The notes under the pieces are model-generated. The model worked only from the letters and a program-made list of their open reading frames with translations. It did not search any database and had not been told where the DNA came from. Positions 20,022 to 30,151 of a stretch of 64,000 nt of DNA are shown here, piece by piece (the stretch's first letter is position 1; each line of letters opens with the position of its first letter). The stretch is from a virus (lineage: Duplodnaviria; Caudoviricetes), in the IMG/VR virus record IMGVR_UViG_3300011444_000011, positions 1 to 64,000 of that record; one strand, given 5' to 3'. A program made the translations under genes and the position numbers.

Positions 20022-20049
20022 GCCCGGTTGATATCAGTATCAACCGGGC
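20022..20049 (+). terminator. Hairpin with the dispersed palindrome at its apex
   Basis: GCCCGGTTGATATCAGTATCAACCGGGC just after a stop codon. No strong U tract. Confidence 0.45.
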
Positions 20050-20260
20050 TTGAGGCATTAGCAGAGGTTAGCTTAGTTTGGACCCACCAAAGGGAACCAC
20101 CTGACAAAGAAAGGCGGTGCGCCATGAAGTTCTAACCCTCAAATGCAAATGATCTTCAAGGCAGAGATGATGCAAACCGAGTGTGAGAATCAAAATGGAG
20201 TCAACCCTTACGGAGAACGTGATACCATGAACTAGAGCCAGAAATGGCTTGCTGGTAAAA

Positions 20261-20335
20261 GTCCGCTGTAGCTCAGTGGTAGAGAGGGACGGGCAAGACC
20301 TGTCCAGGTCGCGGGTTCGAATCCCGCCAGCGGAC
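20261..20335 (+). tRNA. tRNA-like gene with a non-canonical anticodon arm (identity undetermined)
   Basis: Acceptor GTCCGCTG/CAGCGGAC, D arm TAGCTCAGTGGTAGAG, perfect T arm GCGGG-TTCGAAT-CCCGC. The anticodon arm GGACGGG-CAAGA-CCTGTCC lacks U33. Confidence 0.75.
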
Positions 20336-20349
20336 CTGTGTGTTGCGTT

Positions 20350-20499
20350 AGTCAGGTAGGAGCAGACCTAGTGGGACGGGAGTGGAGAGCATTAAGGAAT
20401 GGCAGTAAGGCCGATCAGCCAGAACCCACCCTATGTTCGATCCATAAACGGAGTGGCAGTGACGCCTGATAAGCTGATCGTGTCCACACCGGCCTGACT
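20350..20499 (+). ncRNA. Putative structured ncRNA
   Basis: Nested stems AGTCAGG/CCTGACT and CGATCAGC/GCTGATCG, plus a T-loop-like TATG-TTCGATC-CATA. No plausible ORF. Confidence 0.4.
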
Positions 20500-20528
20500 T
20501 TTGATACCAATATCAATCTGGAGCAAAC

Positions 20529-20804
20529 ATGAAGACAATCGTGCTTCCGAACGAGTTGACGGCAAAACTTCACGACGTAACGGTGAACAGTGAGAATCGG
20601 TGTCAATGCTGCGGGGATATGTGCCTGCAAGTCCAAATCGACGGTGAGAACATACACGGCTACCAGCCGCTCGCCAACGGCTATACTGGCTTCATCATCC
20701 ACGATCAACGGTTCATCTTCCGTCGCACGCTCGATCAGTTGCGTGTGGAAGCTGGACTCCTGACCGCCGATGAATTCGCCGAGGCCGCTTACGAAGGGGC
20801 ATGA
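20529..20804 (+). CDS. Hypothetical protein
   Basis: Palindrome and GGAG RBS upstream. Confidence 0.6.
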   Translation: MKTIVLPNELTAKLHDVTVNSENRCQCCGDMCLQVQIDGENIHGYQPLANGYTGFIIHDQRFIFRRTLDQLRVEAGLLTADEFAEAAYEGA

Positions 20805-21019
20805 TGAAACTCATGGTGATCTGGGCCTCGCCGGCCGGCATTCTTGAATTGATGAAACGGATGCAAGAGCACAAGTTTGATTTTCAAATCGAATTTGTCC
20901 AAAGCGGTGTAGCGTACCTGACTTCAAGTGCAATCAGATGGTCGCACATGGAGTTGTGGTTGGCCGAAATCAGAAAGCAAGTCGAGACTGACTTTTACCC
21001 GGAAATGGTGGGACTATGA
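20801..21019 (+). CDS. Hypothetical protein
   Basis: ATGA coupling. Confidence 0.55.
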   Translation: MMKLMVIWASPAGILELMKRMQEHKFDFQIEFVQSGVAYLTSSAIRWSHMELWLAEIRKQVETDFYPEMVGL

Positions 21020-22200
21020 GTCAATACAATTGCCCGTGTGGACGTATCATGGCGGGCGACGTGCCGGCCGATGGAACCTGCCCCGGATGCGGGACTCCGT
21101 TCGTGACTCTCGAAATCAATATGCGGGTGGTCTGCACTTGCTGCGGCGGCACCGGATTCTATGATCCGTTGTTCGGCCCGCGTGAGCCGTGCGGCACATG
21201 CAAAGGCGAGAAGTTCGTCGATGCCCCGAAAGCCAAGCCGGCTGTGAGTTCCCAGTTCAACGACAACGAAAAGTTGTCGGCTGATATCAGACCGATGGGT
21301 GCCCGCAAATACATTGACGCTGCCACGACGGCCGACGAGCGGCGACTCCGTAAATCGGTTGCATTTGGCGTGATGTACGGCGGGAACGCTGGCGAGGTTT
21401 CGCGTAAGCTCAGAGAGAACATGGAACGGAAGCCACTGACTCCCGAAGAGAACATCTTAGTGGAGTATGCTCAAAGAGATATCGAACGGACACAAGCACT
21501 GGCGGATTTCTACCGGGCTGATCTCGGTGAGCCGCATGTGCCAACGCCGCGTAACAATGAAGCCGATGCCCTCGCGTATAACGCAGCCCTCGGCTGGATG
21601 CCGGTGAACCAGCATTCGGTTCTAGGTGACGTGAAGGAAATGACGCCGGAAGGCATCAGGACGATGACGCCGGATGACTATATGGAGTACCGTCGAATAC
21701 TAGGATTCGACAAGAATAACGTCCCGTTCAGCCGCCGGCAGAGCGAAAGCAGGATGCACCGCGTCGGACACAAGGTTGGTGAGATTGGTCTCACTTTCAC
21801 CATTCCGAACGAAATGCAGGACAAGATCGAAAAGGTCGATACATTGCTCCGCAGCTTCGTTGTGCAGTTGAAAGACCTTGGTGTTAAGGTCGAATCCGCG
21901 ACAGCCGCGGTTGACAAGTTGCGGGTCGCTCTCGACATTGATACTAAAATCAATTCGACCTGGACTCGCAAGCCGTTGCCAAACTATCAGCACATCCCGG
22001 ACTACGTCTTCAAACCAATGTTCGAGGCTTCGATCATCGAAGACGAGTCCAGTGTCCTGAAAGACATGGATTTCAAACGCATCGAAGCAATGATGGAACG
22101 CAAACGAGCAATCATGCAACTCTCAACATTCAAGGCGATGACCGAAGTCCCGCCGCTCTACTATGATCCCGAGACAGGAGCAATCGCCCGCAAACCGTGA
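21016..22200 (+). CDS. Zinc-finger mosaic protein carrying PolA/RuvC-like motif fragments
   Basis: CTCCGGTGFYDPLFGPREPCGTCKG; RRLRKSVAFGVMYGG; EYAQRD; NEADALA; DFKRIE. Confidence 0.65.
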   Translation: MSQYNCPCGRIMAGDVPADGTCPGCGTPFVTLEINMRVVCTCCGGTGFYDPLFGPREPCGTCKGEKFVDAPKAKPAVSSQFNDNEKLSADIRPMGARKYIDAATTADERRLRKSVAFGVMYGGNAGEVSRKLRENMERKPLTPEENILVEYAQRDIERTQALADFYRADLGEPHVPTPRNNEADALAYNAALGWMPVNQHSVLGDVKEMTPEGIRTMTPDDYMEYRRILGFDKNNVPFSRRQSESRMHRVGHKVGEIGLTFTIPNEMQDKIEKVDTLLRSFVVQLKDLGVKVESATAAVDKLRVALDIDTKINSTWTRKPLPNYQHIPDYVFKPMFEASIIEDESSVLKDMDFKRIEAMMERKRAIMQLSTFKAMTEVPPLYYDPETGAIARKP

Positions 22201-23642
22201 ACTGGTCGCAGTATCAACTCGCCGTATTCGATCGTGTCGGTAGACCCGGCAACCTGTTTGTGAAAGCTGTCGCTGGCAGCGGTAAAACGACTGTGATTGA
22301 GGAATACATCAAGCGTATTCCATTTGAGCGATCTGTGCTGGCGATGGCATACAATTGTCATATCCGCGACGAGTTGATGCGACGGCTGTCGCCCTATCCG
22401 AACGTGACCGTGAAGAACCTGAACGGGTTCGGCAACGGGATCATCAAAGAGAACACGGGCTGGGCGAAAGTCAAAGATACCAAGACGATTGACGTGTTGT
22501 TCTTCGACGTTCTCGGCGGTGCGAAGTCCGAGGCGTTGAAGTCAGTCTATTACAAGACCAGACGCGGTGTCGAGAAGATTGTCGGCCTGTGCAAGAATAT
22601 GTGCATCTGGGCTCCGACAGCCGACGACATCATCGGCCTTGCGATGGATTTTGATATCAATGTCCCGGATGAGGTTCACTCCTGGGTCGAGATGATTCAG
22701 AAGACGATGGAGTTGAGTTGGCAGAAGCCGAAGACAATTGACTTCGACGATCAGATTGCCTACCCTCTCTATCACAAGATGGACATTCCGCAGTTCGATG
22801 AAGTCGTCGTTGACGAGGCACAGGACTTATCTTCTTCGCAGCGGGAACTCTGCATCCGAGCGAGTCGAGATAAGTTGGTTTTCGTCGGTGATCCGAGGCA
22901 GGCTATCTACCAGTTTCGAGGCGCAGATGAGAAATCAGTCGAAACGATCATTGCTACGGCTGATTGCATTGTACTGCCACTTAGCGTGTGCTATCGTTGC
23001 AGCAAGGCCGTCGTCAACGGTGCGAAGAAACTGGTGCCTGATATCGAATATCACCCCGCCGCCAAAGAGGGTATCTACGACCGCATGTCGGAAGAAAGGT
23101 ATCGGGGCTGCGTCGTTGGCGGCGATGTTATTCTCTGTCGGTGTACCGCTCCACTTGTTCAAGAATGTCTTAGGCTTATCCGAGAGGACAACAAGGCTAC
23201 CGTAAAGGGCCGAGACATTGGCGAGAAGTTGCTGGAGTTGGTGGATGCGGCAACAGGTGACGAGGGACTGTCTGTCGAACACTTTGCCACCGAACTTCAT
23301 CTGATCGTTGCCGACAAGATCAAGCGACATCCTAAGAACGAACAGGAATGGCAGGACAAGCAGGACACGATCGAGTGTTTCTTCTCGACCTGCCAAACTG
23401 TTGCTGATATCAAAAGGAAGATCATCTCGATCTTTGAAGACAAGCAGGATGAATCGGGCATCCGGCTTATGACGGTTCACAAGTCAAAGGGACTTGAGAA
23501 TCGTCGAATCTTCCTGATCCGGCCCGACTTGCTGCCGCACCCTAAGTCGAGAGACTTGGAAGCGGAAAACAATCTTCATTACGTTGCCATCACCCGTGCA
23601 AAGGAAGATTTCTGGTATGTTGACGCTCCGCAAAAACGATAG
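22197..23642 (+). CDS. UvrD/Rep-like SF1 helicase
   Basis: AVAGSGKTT, VDEAQD, VGDPRQAIYQFRGAD, TVHKSKGLE, YVAITRAK. Confidence 0.93.
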   Translation: MNWSQYQLAVFDRVGRPGNLFVKAVAGSGKTTVIEEYIKRIPFERSVLAMAYNCHIRDELMRRLSPYPNVTVKNLNGFGNGIIKENTGWAKVKDTKTIDVLFFDVLGGAKSEALKSVYYKTRRGVEKIVGLCKNMCIWAPTADDIIGLAMDFDINVPDEVHSWVEMIQKTMELSWQKPKTIDFDDQIAYPLYHKMDIPQFDEVVVDEAQDLSSSQRELCIRASRDKLVFVGDPRQAIYQFRGADEKSVETIIATADCIVLPLSVCYRCSKAVVNGAKKLVPDIEYHPAAKEGIYDRMSEERYRGCVVGGDVILCRCTAPLVQECLRLIREDNKATVKGRDIGEKLLELVDAATGDEGLSVEHFATELHLIVADKIKRHPKNEQEWQDKQDTIECFFSTCQTVADIKRKIISIFEDKQDESGIRLMTVHKSKGLENRRIFLIRPDLLPHPKSRDLEAENNLHYVAITRAKEDFWYVDAPQKR

Positions 23643-23925
23643 CAAGTGTCCGAACTGCGGCCGTTGCACGGATATCCAGAACAGGGGTGAGAACAGTCCA
23701 GAAAAAGTGTGCATGGGCTGCGGGCATGTCTGGCATCCCACGACTGACGGGATGCAGAACGTGCGGGTTCGAGTAATCGAACCTAACTCCGTCTGGAAGG
23801 GAGAGATTGGTAGTATCAAAGAGATTCTACCTATTACCGGCCGGAACATCCGCGTAGCATTCAAGCCGTCGAAGACGGACACATTCGCTGATCTGTTTCA
23901 TACGTCACACCTGGAGCAATTATGA
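23617..23925 (+). CDS. Zinc-ribbon protein
   Basis: CPNCG...CMGCGHVW. Confidence 0.55.
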   Translation: MLTLRKNDSKCPNCGRCTDIQNRGENSPEKVCMGCGHVWHPTTDGMQNVRVRVIEPNSVWKGEIGSIKEILPITGRNIRVAFKPSKTDTFADLFHTSHLEQL

Positions 23926-24131
23926 TCTGTCTTGAAACCGGCCAGATGAAGGTGAATGATATTGAAGATCAAATTGACCGATGGAGCGTATGGTTTCTCA
24001 CGCCCGAAGGATCGTTCCCGACTCTTCAAGAGGCGAGGGATTCATGCACCAAAATCAATTACCCGCATCACCTAATCCGTCCGGTGCCGGTTGCCCTGGG
24101 CCAGAAGATATTCGAAATCATAAATTGGTGA
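23922..24131 (+). CDS. Hypothetical protein
   Basis: ATGA coupling, GGAG RBS. Confidence 0.55.
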   Translation: MICLETGQMKVNDIEDQIDRWSVWFLTPEGSFPTLQEARDSCTKINYPHHLIRPVPVALGQKIFEIINW

Positions 24132-24409
24132 AACGCCAACGATGGAAAGAGTGGCGACGACGTTTCGACGGACTGTTTTCCTGGCTCGGTGCTGGTACGA
24201 CCGAGCCGTTCATCATCGAATGGCTACCCGAGGAAAATCATGATAGTGATTGATGATCCGGTGTATCTCGAAATCACAATCAGCGGTGATATGACATTCA
24301 TCGTTGTTATCGACGCAGAAGATGATCCGGCGCAATTTGCTCTCGGACTCTCAAACAAGATCAACAAGTCAGTTGATTTCAATGTCATTCCTTTCCTTAA
24401 TGGTGGCAC

Positions 24410-24793
24410 ATGATAGTGAAAGGAAGACTGACGCCTGAAGGTTCAGACGGTGAATTCACGGCCCAGATCATGGACCGAAACCGGGGCATCCGAGTTGACC
24501 ATACCACGGTGCCAGCATTCTGGGTTGAGGCTCTGTTTGATACTGAAGACATCGACAAGCTGGCGACCAAGAAGGTCTACATCATGACGCGGGAAGTAAC
24601 CGGAGAGAACACGACGGTTCTCGGCACCTTCCGCCGGATGGGTGAGGCAAGACGGATCGCTTGGCAGCAGAAGCGACCGGAGTATGCTAAGATTCATTGC
24701 TGGGTGTCGCGGCGTGTCGAGACTCCGCAGGAACGGCTAAGACTCAACGCTTCTGATATCAGTATCGTTGTGACGGAGTACCCAATCCTATGA
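24410..24793 (+). CDS. Hypothetical protein
   Basis: ATGA coupling. Confidence 0.6.
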   Translation: MIVKGRLTPEGSDGEFTAQIMDRNRGIRVDHTTVPAFWVEALFDTEDIDKLATKKVYIMTREVTGENTTVLGTFRRMGEARRIAWQQKRPEYAKIHCWVSRRVETPQERLRLNASDISIVVTEYPIL

Positions 24794-25014
24794 CTCTGGA
24801 CTCCGAAGGCTTCGAGCGTGCCGCATTCGCGTTGCGTCACGCTCTCGAATCATTCCACGGAATTGACACGCATCAACTTATGTTGTGCATGAACAAGTTC
24901 GAGGAAAGCGTAATGCGAATGGGCCGCATCGCTGGGATGCAGGCAGCTAACGATCAACGGAAAGCCATCGGTGATACGATGGCCTATACTGAACAGGACT
25001 TCCTCAATGCCTAA
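24790..25014 (+). CDS. Hypothetical protein
   Basis: ATGA coupling. Confidence 0.6.
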   Translation: MTLDSEGFERAAFALRHALESFHGIDTHQLMLCMNKFEESVMRMGRIAGMQAANDQRKAIGDTMAYTEQDFLNA

Positions 25015-25645
25015 ATGCTCTGATTGCGGCGGCAGCGGTAAGTATCAGCCTCTGATCGGCCCACCTGAAAACTGCACCAAATGCGGCGGCAGCGGAAATG
25101 ATACTGGTATCAATGTTGGCCCGATTGATGCCCAGTGGTTGAACCTGACATTGTCCACCAAGAATCATGCTGGCGTGCAGGTTGGTCAGTGGTACGTCTG
25201 GGGACGGGACTACAACAAGCCAATCCAGATTTGGGATGAAGTCGATGTACGATTTGACGACTTCAGGCTGCTGGCCGTTGATACCCGGCACTGTCAAGGT
25301 ATGCCGCATGATGAACAGCAGAAACAGATGAAGATGATCTTTCAGGATGATCGGCCAGACGAATTCAGTCTGCTTCAAAAGATTGAAGCTGATAATAGAA
25401 TCAATCATGTGTTTCCGCCTACCATCTTCGTCGGCCCGAGGATTCAATTCTTCATACCTGACGGCCACCACGTTGCTTTCAATCATGTGTATACGGCTAC
25501 CAGCCGTAAAGCGTTCTGTGGCGATATGCACGGTCCTGGTCCGATGATGCGTGGTATCCGAGGCCAGAAATGGCGACTCGGAAGTACCCAAGTCTCGACC
25601 CCGAAATACTCGTGGTACGCTCCAACAGTGAAAGAACTCCCATAA
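25007..25645 (+). CDS. Hypothetical protein with N-terminal CxxCxGxG-PLxGP zinc finger
   Basis: CSDCGGSGKYQPLIGPPENCTKCGGSG. Confidence 0.65.
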   Translation: MPKCSDCGGSGKYQPLIGPPENCTKCGGSGNDTGINVGPIDAQWLNLTLSTKNHAGVQVGQWYVWGRDYNKPIQIWDEVDVRFDDFRLLAVDTRHCQGMPHDEQQKQMKMIFQDDRPDEFSLLQKIEADNRINHVFPPTIFVGPRIQFFIPDGHHVAFNHVYTATSRKAFCGDMHGPGPMMRGIRGQKWRLGSTQVSTPKYSWYAPTVKELP

Positions 25646-26715
25646 TGTCGAAGCGACAATACGTTCAACTGGCCCATCCCTACGAACAGAAAAAGCATCT
25701 AATCGCGGGAAAGTATGTGTCCGAGAAGCTGGACGGCGAACGGGCGATCTGGGACGGCGGTGTCAGCCGAGGGCTGTACGCTGACGAAGTGCCGTACTCT
25801 AATACGGCGAAAGACAAGAAACGATTTTACGCGACGGGCCTGTGGACCCGCCGCGGTAAAGTCATTCATGCCCCGAACTGGTTCCTCGACAAGTTGCCGA
25901 AAGCGGTACTTGACGGGGAACTCTTCGCCGGTCGAAGTCTGTTCCAGACATTGTCATCTGTCGTGCGAAATCAATCTGGCACGTCGGACTGGAGCAATAT
26001 CCGATACATGATCTTTGATGCTCCGCCGTTGGAGACATGGCTGTCTGACGGAGAAATCAGCGACAAGCCGCACTTCGTCAAGACGCTCAAGGGCTGCATC
26101 GAGTGGTGGAAAGCCAGGGAGCGGCAAGTCAGCCAAGTGATACCGAGAATCACTTTCAGGGAACGTCAAATCTACCTGAAGATGATGAAGTTGCAGGAAC
26201 CTTGCATCCTGCATCCGCAGACGTTGCTGCCGGATGGCGAGAAGTCGGCTATCGAAAAGGTCAACGAACTTCTGGACTCCGTGCTCGATCTCGGCGGCGA
26301 GGGTTTGATATTGAAATCAGCGACCAATCTTTGGACCGGCGAGCGGACCAACGATATGCTGAAGTTCAAGCCCTGGCACGACATGGAAGCCGAAGTCGTC
26401 GGGTACACGACTGGCCGGGAAACAGACGCCGGCAGCCGGTTGCTCGGCAAAATGGGTGCTTTGATTTGCAAGATCAAAGCGGGTGAGTTCAAGGTCTCTG
26501 GATTCAAAGATGTTCAGCGTGTGCTGGCCGCAATCGGCGGCGACGGAAGCAGAGATGCTCCGGGTTGGGCATCGGAGAATCCTGACTCCGTGTGTCCGCC
26601 GTGGATGCACAATCCACTGTATCCGCGTGGATCGGTGGTCACGATCAAATACCGGGAGTTGACCGATTCAGGGCTCCCGAAAGAAGGTCGATTCTGGAGA
26701 ACATTCAGTGCATAA
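25645..26715 (+). CDS. ATP-dependent DNA ligase
   Basis: SEKLDGERA (motif I), LDGEL, IFD, EGLILK, LKFK, and a C-terminal OB fold. Confidence 0.92.
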   Translation: MSKRQYVQLAHPYEQKKHLIAGKYVSEKLDGERAIWDGGVSRGLYADEVPYSNTAKDKKRFYATGLWTRRGKVIHAPNWFLDKLPKAVLDGELFAGRSLFQTLSSVVRNQSGTSDWSNIRYMIFDAPPLETWLSDGEISDKPHFVKTLKGCIEWWKARERQVSQVIPRITFRERQIYLKMMKLQEPCILHPQTLLPDGEKSAIEKVNELLDSVLDLGGEGLILKSATNLWTGERTNDMLKFKPWHDMEAEVVGYTTGRETDAGSRLLGKMGALICKIKAGEFKVSGFKDVQRVLAAIGGDGSRDAPGWASENPDSVCPPWMHNPLYPRGSVVTIKYRELTDSGLPKEGRFWRTFSA

Positions 26716-26889
26716 ATATCTGATCGTGGTCAATCAAGTGACCTATGTTATGCAGGCAGCCGATCACACGACCGAAGCGCTGGAAGAATGTCGGCGTAAC
26801 TGGCCAAATGATATTGCAATCACTTCGATGGTGGTTCTGGCCAGATTCGGTGATTTGGACGGTGACACTTTCACGATAGGAAACCCACC

Positions 26890-27093
26890 ATGAAGGGCTT
26901 TATCGAGGTTACGATCAGCAACGAGAAAGTGTTGCTGAACATCACGACGATCGACATGATCGCCCCGCGGCCGGCATCCGCCGGTTCCCAGATCACTGTC
27001 TTCTTCGGCGGTCCCAATGAAGACGATACAGTTCTGTACGTCTCCGAGACTTACGATGAACTCAAACAGAAGATTGTGACGGCGACGCAATGA
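26890..27093 (+). CDS. Small FlbD-like protein
   Basis: FIEVT...VLLN...I...VSETYDELKQKI pattern; similar to 28135-28386. Confidence 0.45.
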   Translation: MKGFIEVTISNEKVLLNITTIDMIAPRPASAGSQITVFFGGPNEDDTVLYVSETYDELKQKIVTATQ

Positions 27094-27335
27094 CCCGGCG
27101 TGAGAAAGAGTTGTTCTCAAGAGCGATCATGTTTGCTTGCAACGTGCAAAACGTGCCGCTCGACGATGGTGTTGGGATGAATCGGGTAGCTCGTGAGATC
27201 GCCGATCACCTGACGTTTGATGTTAGCCACGCTGAAATCATAGCGGCGTGTGCTGTAAATTTGGCCGGCAAAGGTAAACGCCGGTGCGTTCCTGATTCTG
27301 ATTTGTTGTACCGCCTTCAACGAGGAAACTCATGA
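27090..27335 (+). CDS. Hypothetical protein
   Basis: ATGA coupling. Confidence 0.55.
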   Translation: MTRREKELFSRAIMFACNVQNVPLDDGVGMNRVAREIADHLTFDVSHAEIIAACAVNLAGKGKRRCVPDSDLLYRLQRGNS

Positions 27336-27467
27336 ACGATTTCTGCTTCAACGACAATGCCAATACCCGAGATAGACACGTCCGTAACGGATATCACATT
27401 GGTCGTCCCGCAGCAACTCAATGTCAAACAACCGAACAACTCGAAGCCTGTGGCTTGATTGGAGTCT

Positions 27468-27797
27468 ATGAAAACAAAATCGACGCCGAAGACAGCTTTC
27501 CAGATCAGGATAATGCAGCACGACCCGATGAAAGAACACAAGCTGGGGTTCTTTCTGGAGTTGTACCAATTCAAGAAGCCGACCTGGGATTCCATCAAGA
27601 AGGCTCTTGAGGCCCAGATATCGGATATCGAATTCGATCTTCTGGAGAAGCACGAGCCGAACAGGGACTACAACGTCATGGCGTCCCGTCGAGCGTGGAT
27701 TCAAGACCTCGTTCGTCACATCCCAAAAGGGAAGACTGCACCGCTGCCGGAAGATGCCGGTCGAGCACTGCGGATTCGGGAAATCGAGATAGCCTGA
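27468..27797 (+). CDS. Hypothetical protein
   Basis: GGAG RBS. Confidence 0.55.
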   Translation: MKTKSTPKTAFQIRIMQHDPMKEHKLGFFLELYQFKKPTWDSIKKALEAQISDIEFDLLEKHEPNRDYNVMASRRAWIQDLVRHIPKGKTAPLPEDAGRALRIREIEIA

Positions 27798-27819
27798 TTT
27801 CAATATCAAAGGTGTACCA

Positions 27820-28035
27820 ATGAGTGATCGTCGAAGACTTCGTACACCAGAAACCAAGTGCTATCATTGCGATGGGAGCGGGATGGCTAAGAACGGCATC
27901 ACGCTGTTTGAGATTTGCGTGCATTGCAACGGCTGGGGCGTCGTGCTTCCGCCAGAACGACCAGAGCAAAGAAAGGCAAAGAGAAATGGGATGTCCGATA
28001 AAACCCGGCAACGAAAACGTCGCCCGCCTCGCTAA
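27820..28035 (+). CDS. Small DnaJ-type zinc-finger protein
   Basis: CYHCDGSG...CVHCNGWG. Confidence 0.55.
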   Translation: MSDRRRLRTPETKCYHCDGSGMAKNGITLFEICVHCNGWGVVLPPERPEQRKAKRNGMSDKTRQRKRRPPR

Positions 28036-28134
28036 AGCGTGGCACTTCGGCAAGCGTGACGCAAAGCCCGACATGAAGGCGGTCGCCGCGTATCATCAGT
28101 CGAAGCGTCCGCCGAGAAAGGGGAAGGCTACGCC

Positions 28135-28386
28135 ATGAAGTTCGAGTTCCTTCAATTCCGTCGCTACCTCGACAAAGACAAGAAGTGCGAACGGACGTTG
28201 AATATCAATCCAATCCTAATCACCGCCATCGAGAAAGGCGACAAGAAGGATGAAGTGGTAATATGGGTATCGGGAGCACTGCATCCGCTCCATGTTGTTG
28301 GTAATGTGAAGTTGATTAAGTTGGCCGTCGAAGCGGCCATAACCAGCATCATCAAGAGCATCAAATGCGAAAGCCAAAATACCTGA
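28135..28386 (+). CDS. Small FlbD-like hypothetical protein
   Basis: LNINPILITAIE pattern. Confidence 0.45.
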   Translation: MKFEFLQFRRYLDKDKKCERTLNINPILITAIEKGDKKDEVVIWVSGALHPLHVVGNVKLIKLAVEAAITSIIKSIKCESQNT

Positions 28387-29372
28387 GTCCGTCATCCGTC
28401 AAAGCGTGGGACTCGAATCGGGACGAGTTCTATCTGAAGTATCTGGCCGAGAATCGGCCGGAGAAGTTCCCGCAAACCAAACCGATGGCTGCGGGGTCCG
28501 CATTTGATGCTGCAATCAAATCGTATCTCTACTACAAGCTGTTCGGGAACTACGGCCCGAACAACCTGTACGAGCCGACGACAATCTTCGAGGCACAAGT
28601 CGAGAAGCACAATTGGGATTGGGCACGCCCGGTCGGGAAGCACATTTTCGACCGTTATTGCCTATGCGGTGGCATGGCCGATCTGATGCTCGAATTGCAA
28701 AAAGCGGCTGGCCCGCCGCGATTTGAGTTCAGCATCGAAGGTTTCATCACCGGGAAGGCTGCGAGCGTGCCCGTTTTGGGCAAGCCTGACGTGTTCTTCG
28801 TGAACGCCGAGGGTGCGAGAGTCATTCTGGACTGGAAGGTCAACGGCTATTGCAGTAATAGCGCGACGAGCCCGAAGGCCGGATACGTCAAGTGTCGGGA
28901 CGGTTGGCTGCCCGGCGAACGGAAAGCGACGAGGGGTTCGGGAATGCCGCACGCAAGCTGCATCCCGACCAGCTATCTTGGTATCAGTATCAACAAGCAG
29001 ATACTGATGGAACAGGTCGATGTGGACTGGGCCAACCAGTTGTCGATCTACTCCTGGCTGCTTGGCGAGGAAGTCGGCTCACAAGACCTGATTATCGGGA
29101 TCGACCAAATCTGCGGTCAGCCCGGCGAATCAGGGATTCCGTGGCTCCGATTCGCCAGCCACAGATGCCGAATCGGTGGCGAATATCAGTTCGCGTTGCA
29201 TCAACACGTTCAGGATATCTGGGCTCGCATCGAGTCCGGCCATATCTTTGACACCATGACCGAGGAACAGTCGCTGGTCCATCAACAAGACCTCGACGCG
29301 ATGGCGAAGAACCTGACCGGCGACGACGATCTGTCCAAATTCATGAGCCAGATGCGTCTGGCAAATGCGTAA
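28365..29372 (+). CDS. PD-(D/E)XK (RecB/Cas4-like) exonuclease
   Basis: YLSPSS, GSAFD, GKPD, ILDWK, QLSIY. Confidence 0.82.
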   Translation: MRKPKYLSPSSVKAWDSNRDEFYLKYLAENRPEKFPQTKPMAAGSAFDAAIKSYLYYKLFGNYGPNNLYEPTTIFEAQVEKHNWDWARPVGKHIFDRYCLCGGMADLMLELQKAAGPPRFEFSIEGFITGKAASVPVLGKPDVFFVNAEGARVILDWKVNGYCSNSATSPKAGYVKCRDGWLPGERKATRGSGMPHASCIPTSYLGISINKQILMEQVDVDWANQLSIYSWLLGEEVGSQDLIIGIDQICGQPGESGIPWLRFASHRCRIGGEYQFALHQHVQDIWARIESGHIFDTMTEEQSLVHQQDLDAMAKNLTGDDDLSKFMSQMRLANA

Positions 29373-29566
29373 TCCATTTTGATATCAACATCAACCGAGA
29401 GCCATGTGACGAACAACCCATTTGGTAATTGGCGTCCAGGGCTCAAGGGCGGTGCATCCCCAGAGTTTTACAAAGATGCTTTGACGGGACTGTACGTGTT
29501 ACTCGGCATGATGTTTGGTTTCACTGTGCTCATGCTCATTGTGTTATTCTTTCTGAAAGGTTGCTT

Positions 29567-30151
29567 ATGAAGTACGTTTCAATCGACCTTGAGACGACTG
29601 GTCTCAACCCGGACAAGTGTCAGATTCTGGAGATCGGTGCTGTGTTCAATGATGACACCGTTCCGCTCGCCGCTTGTCAGGTCTACCACCGGCTCATTTA
29701 TCCGCCGGGTGGCATCTTTAAGGGCGAGGCTTACGCCCTGTGGATGAACGCCCACATCCTCAAGGAAATCCACGATCTTAACACGGCGAAGGCCGGGAAG
29801 GACAAGCTGATCGAGAACGGTGATTTGAAATATCAATTCGCCGAATGGTTGTATCAACTCGGCTACGAGAAACGCGACGACAAAACCGCTGGCGTCGTCG
29901 CGGCCGGGAAGAATTTTCAAGGCTTCGATCTGCGATTCCTTCGCCGGTACGACGTGGAAGACCTGATTATCTTCAAGCATCGGGAGATCAATCCGGGGAT
30001 GTACTCGCACCAGTTGGCTGACGACGTGCCGCCGGATACGGCAGCCTGTCTGAAGCGTGCTGGCCTGGAAGGTTCGGTCAAACACCGAGCGGTGGATGAC
30101 GCTCTCGACGTATGTCGTCTCATTCGGACACACTTCGGTGTTCCGATCTGA
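29567..30151 (+). CDS. DEDDh 3'-5' exonuclease (DnaQ/oligoribonuclease-like)
   Basis: IDLETTGL, GKNFQGFDLRFL, HRAVDDA. Confidence 0.88.
   Translation: MKYVSIDLETTGLNPDKCQILEIGAVFNDDTVPLAACQVYHRLIYPPGGIFKGEAYALWMNAHILKEIHDLNTAKAGKDKLIENGDLKYQFAEWLYQLGYEKRDDKTAGVVAAGKNFQGFDLRFLRRYDVEDLIIFKHREINPGMYSHQLADDVPPDTAACLKRAGLEGSVKHRAVDDALDVCRLIRTHFGVPI

Noticed and set aside
21016-22200. Second DNA polymerase or PolA pseudogene
   Set aside because: The motif-like fragments are out of order, motif C is absent, and the ORF is intact and coupled to its neighbours.
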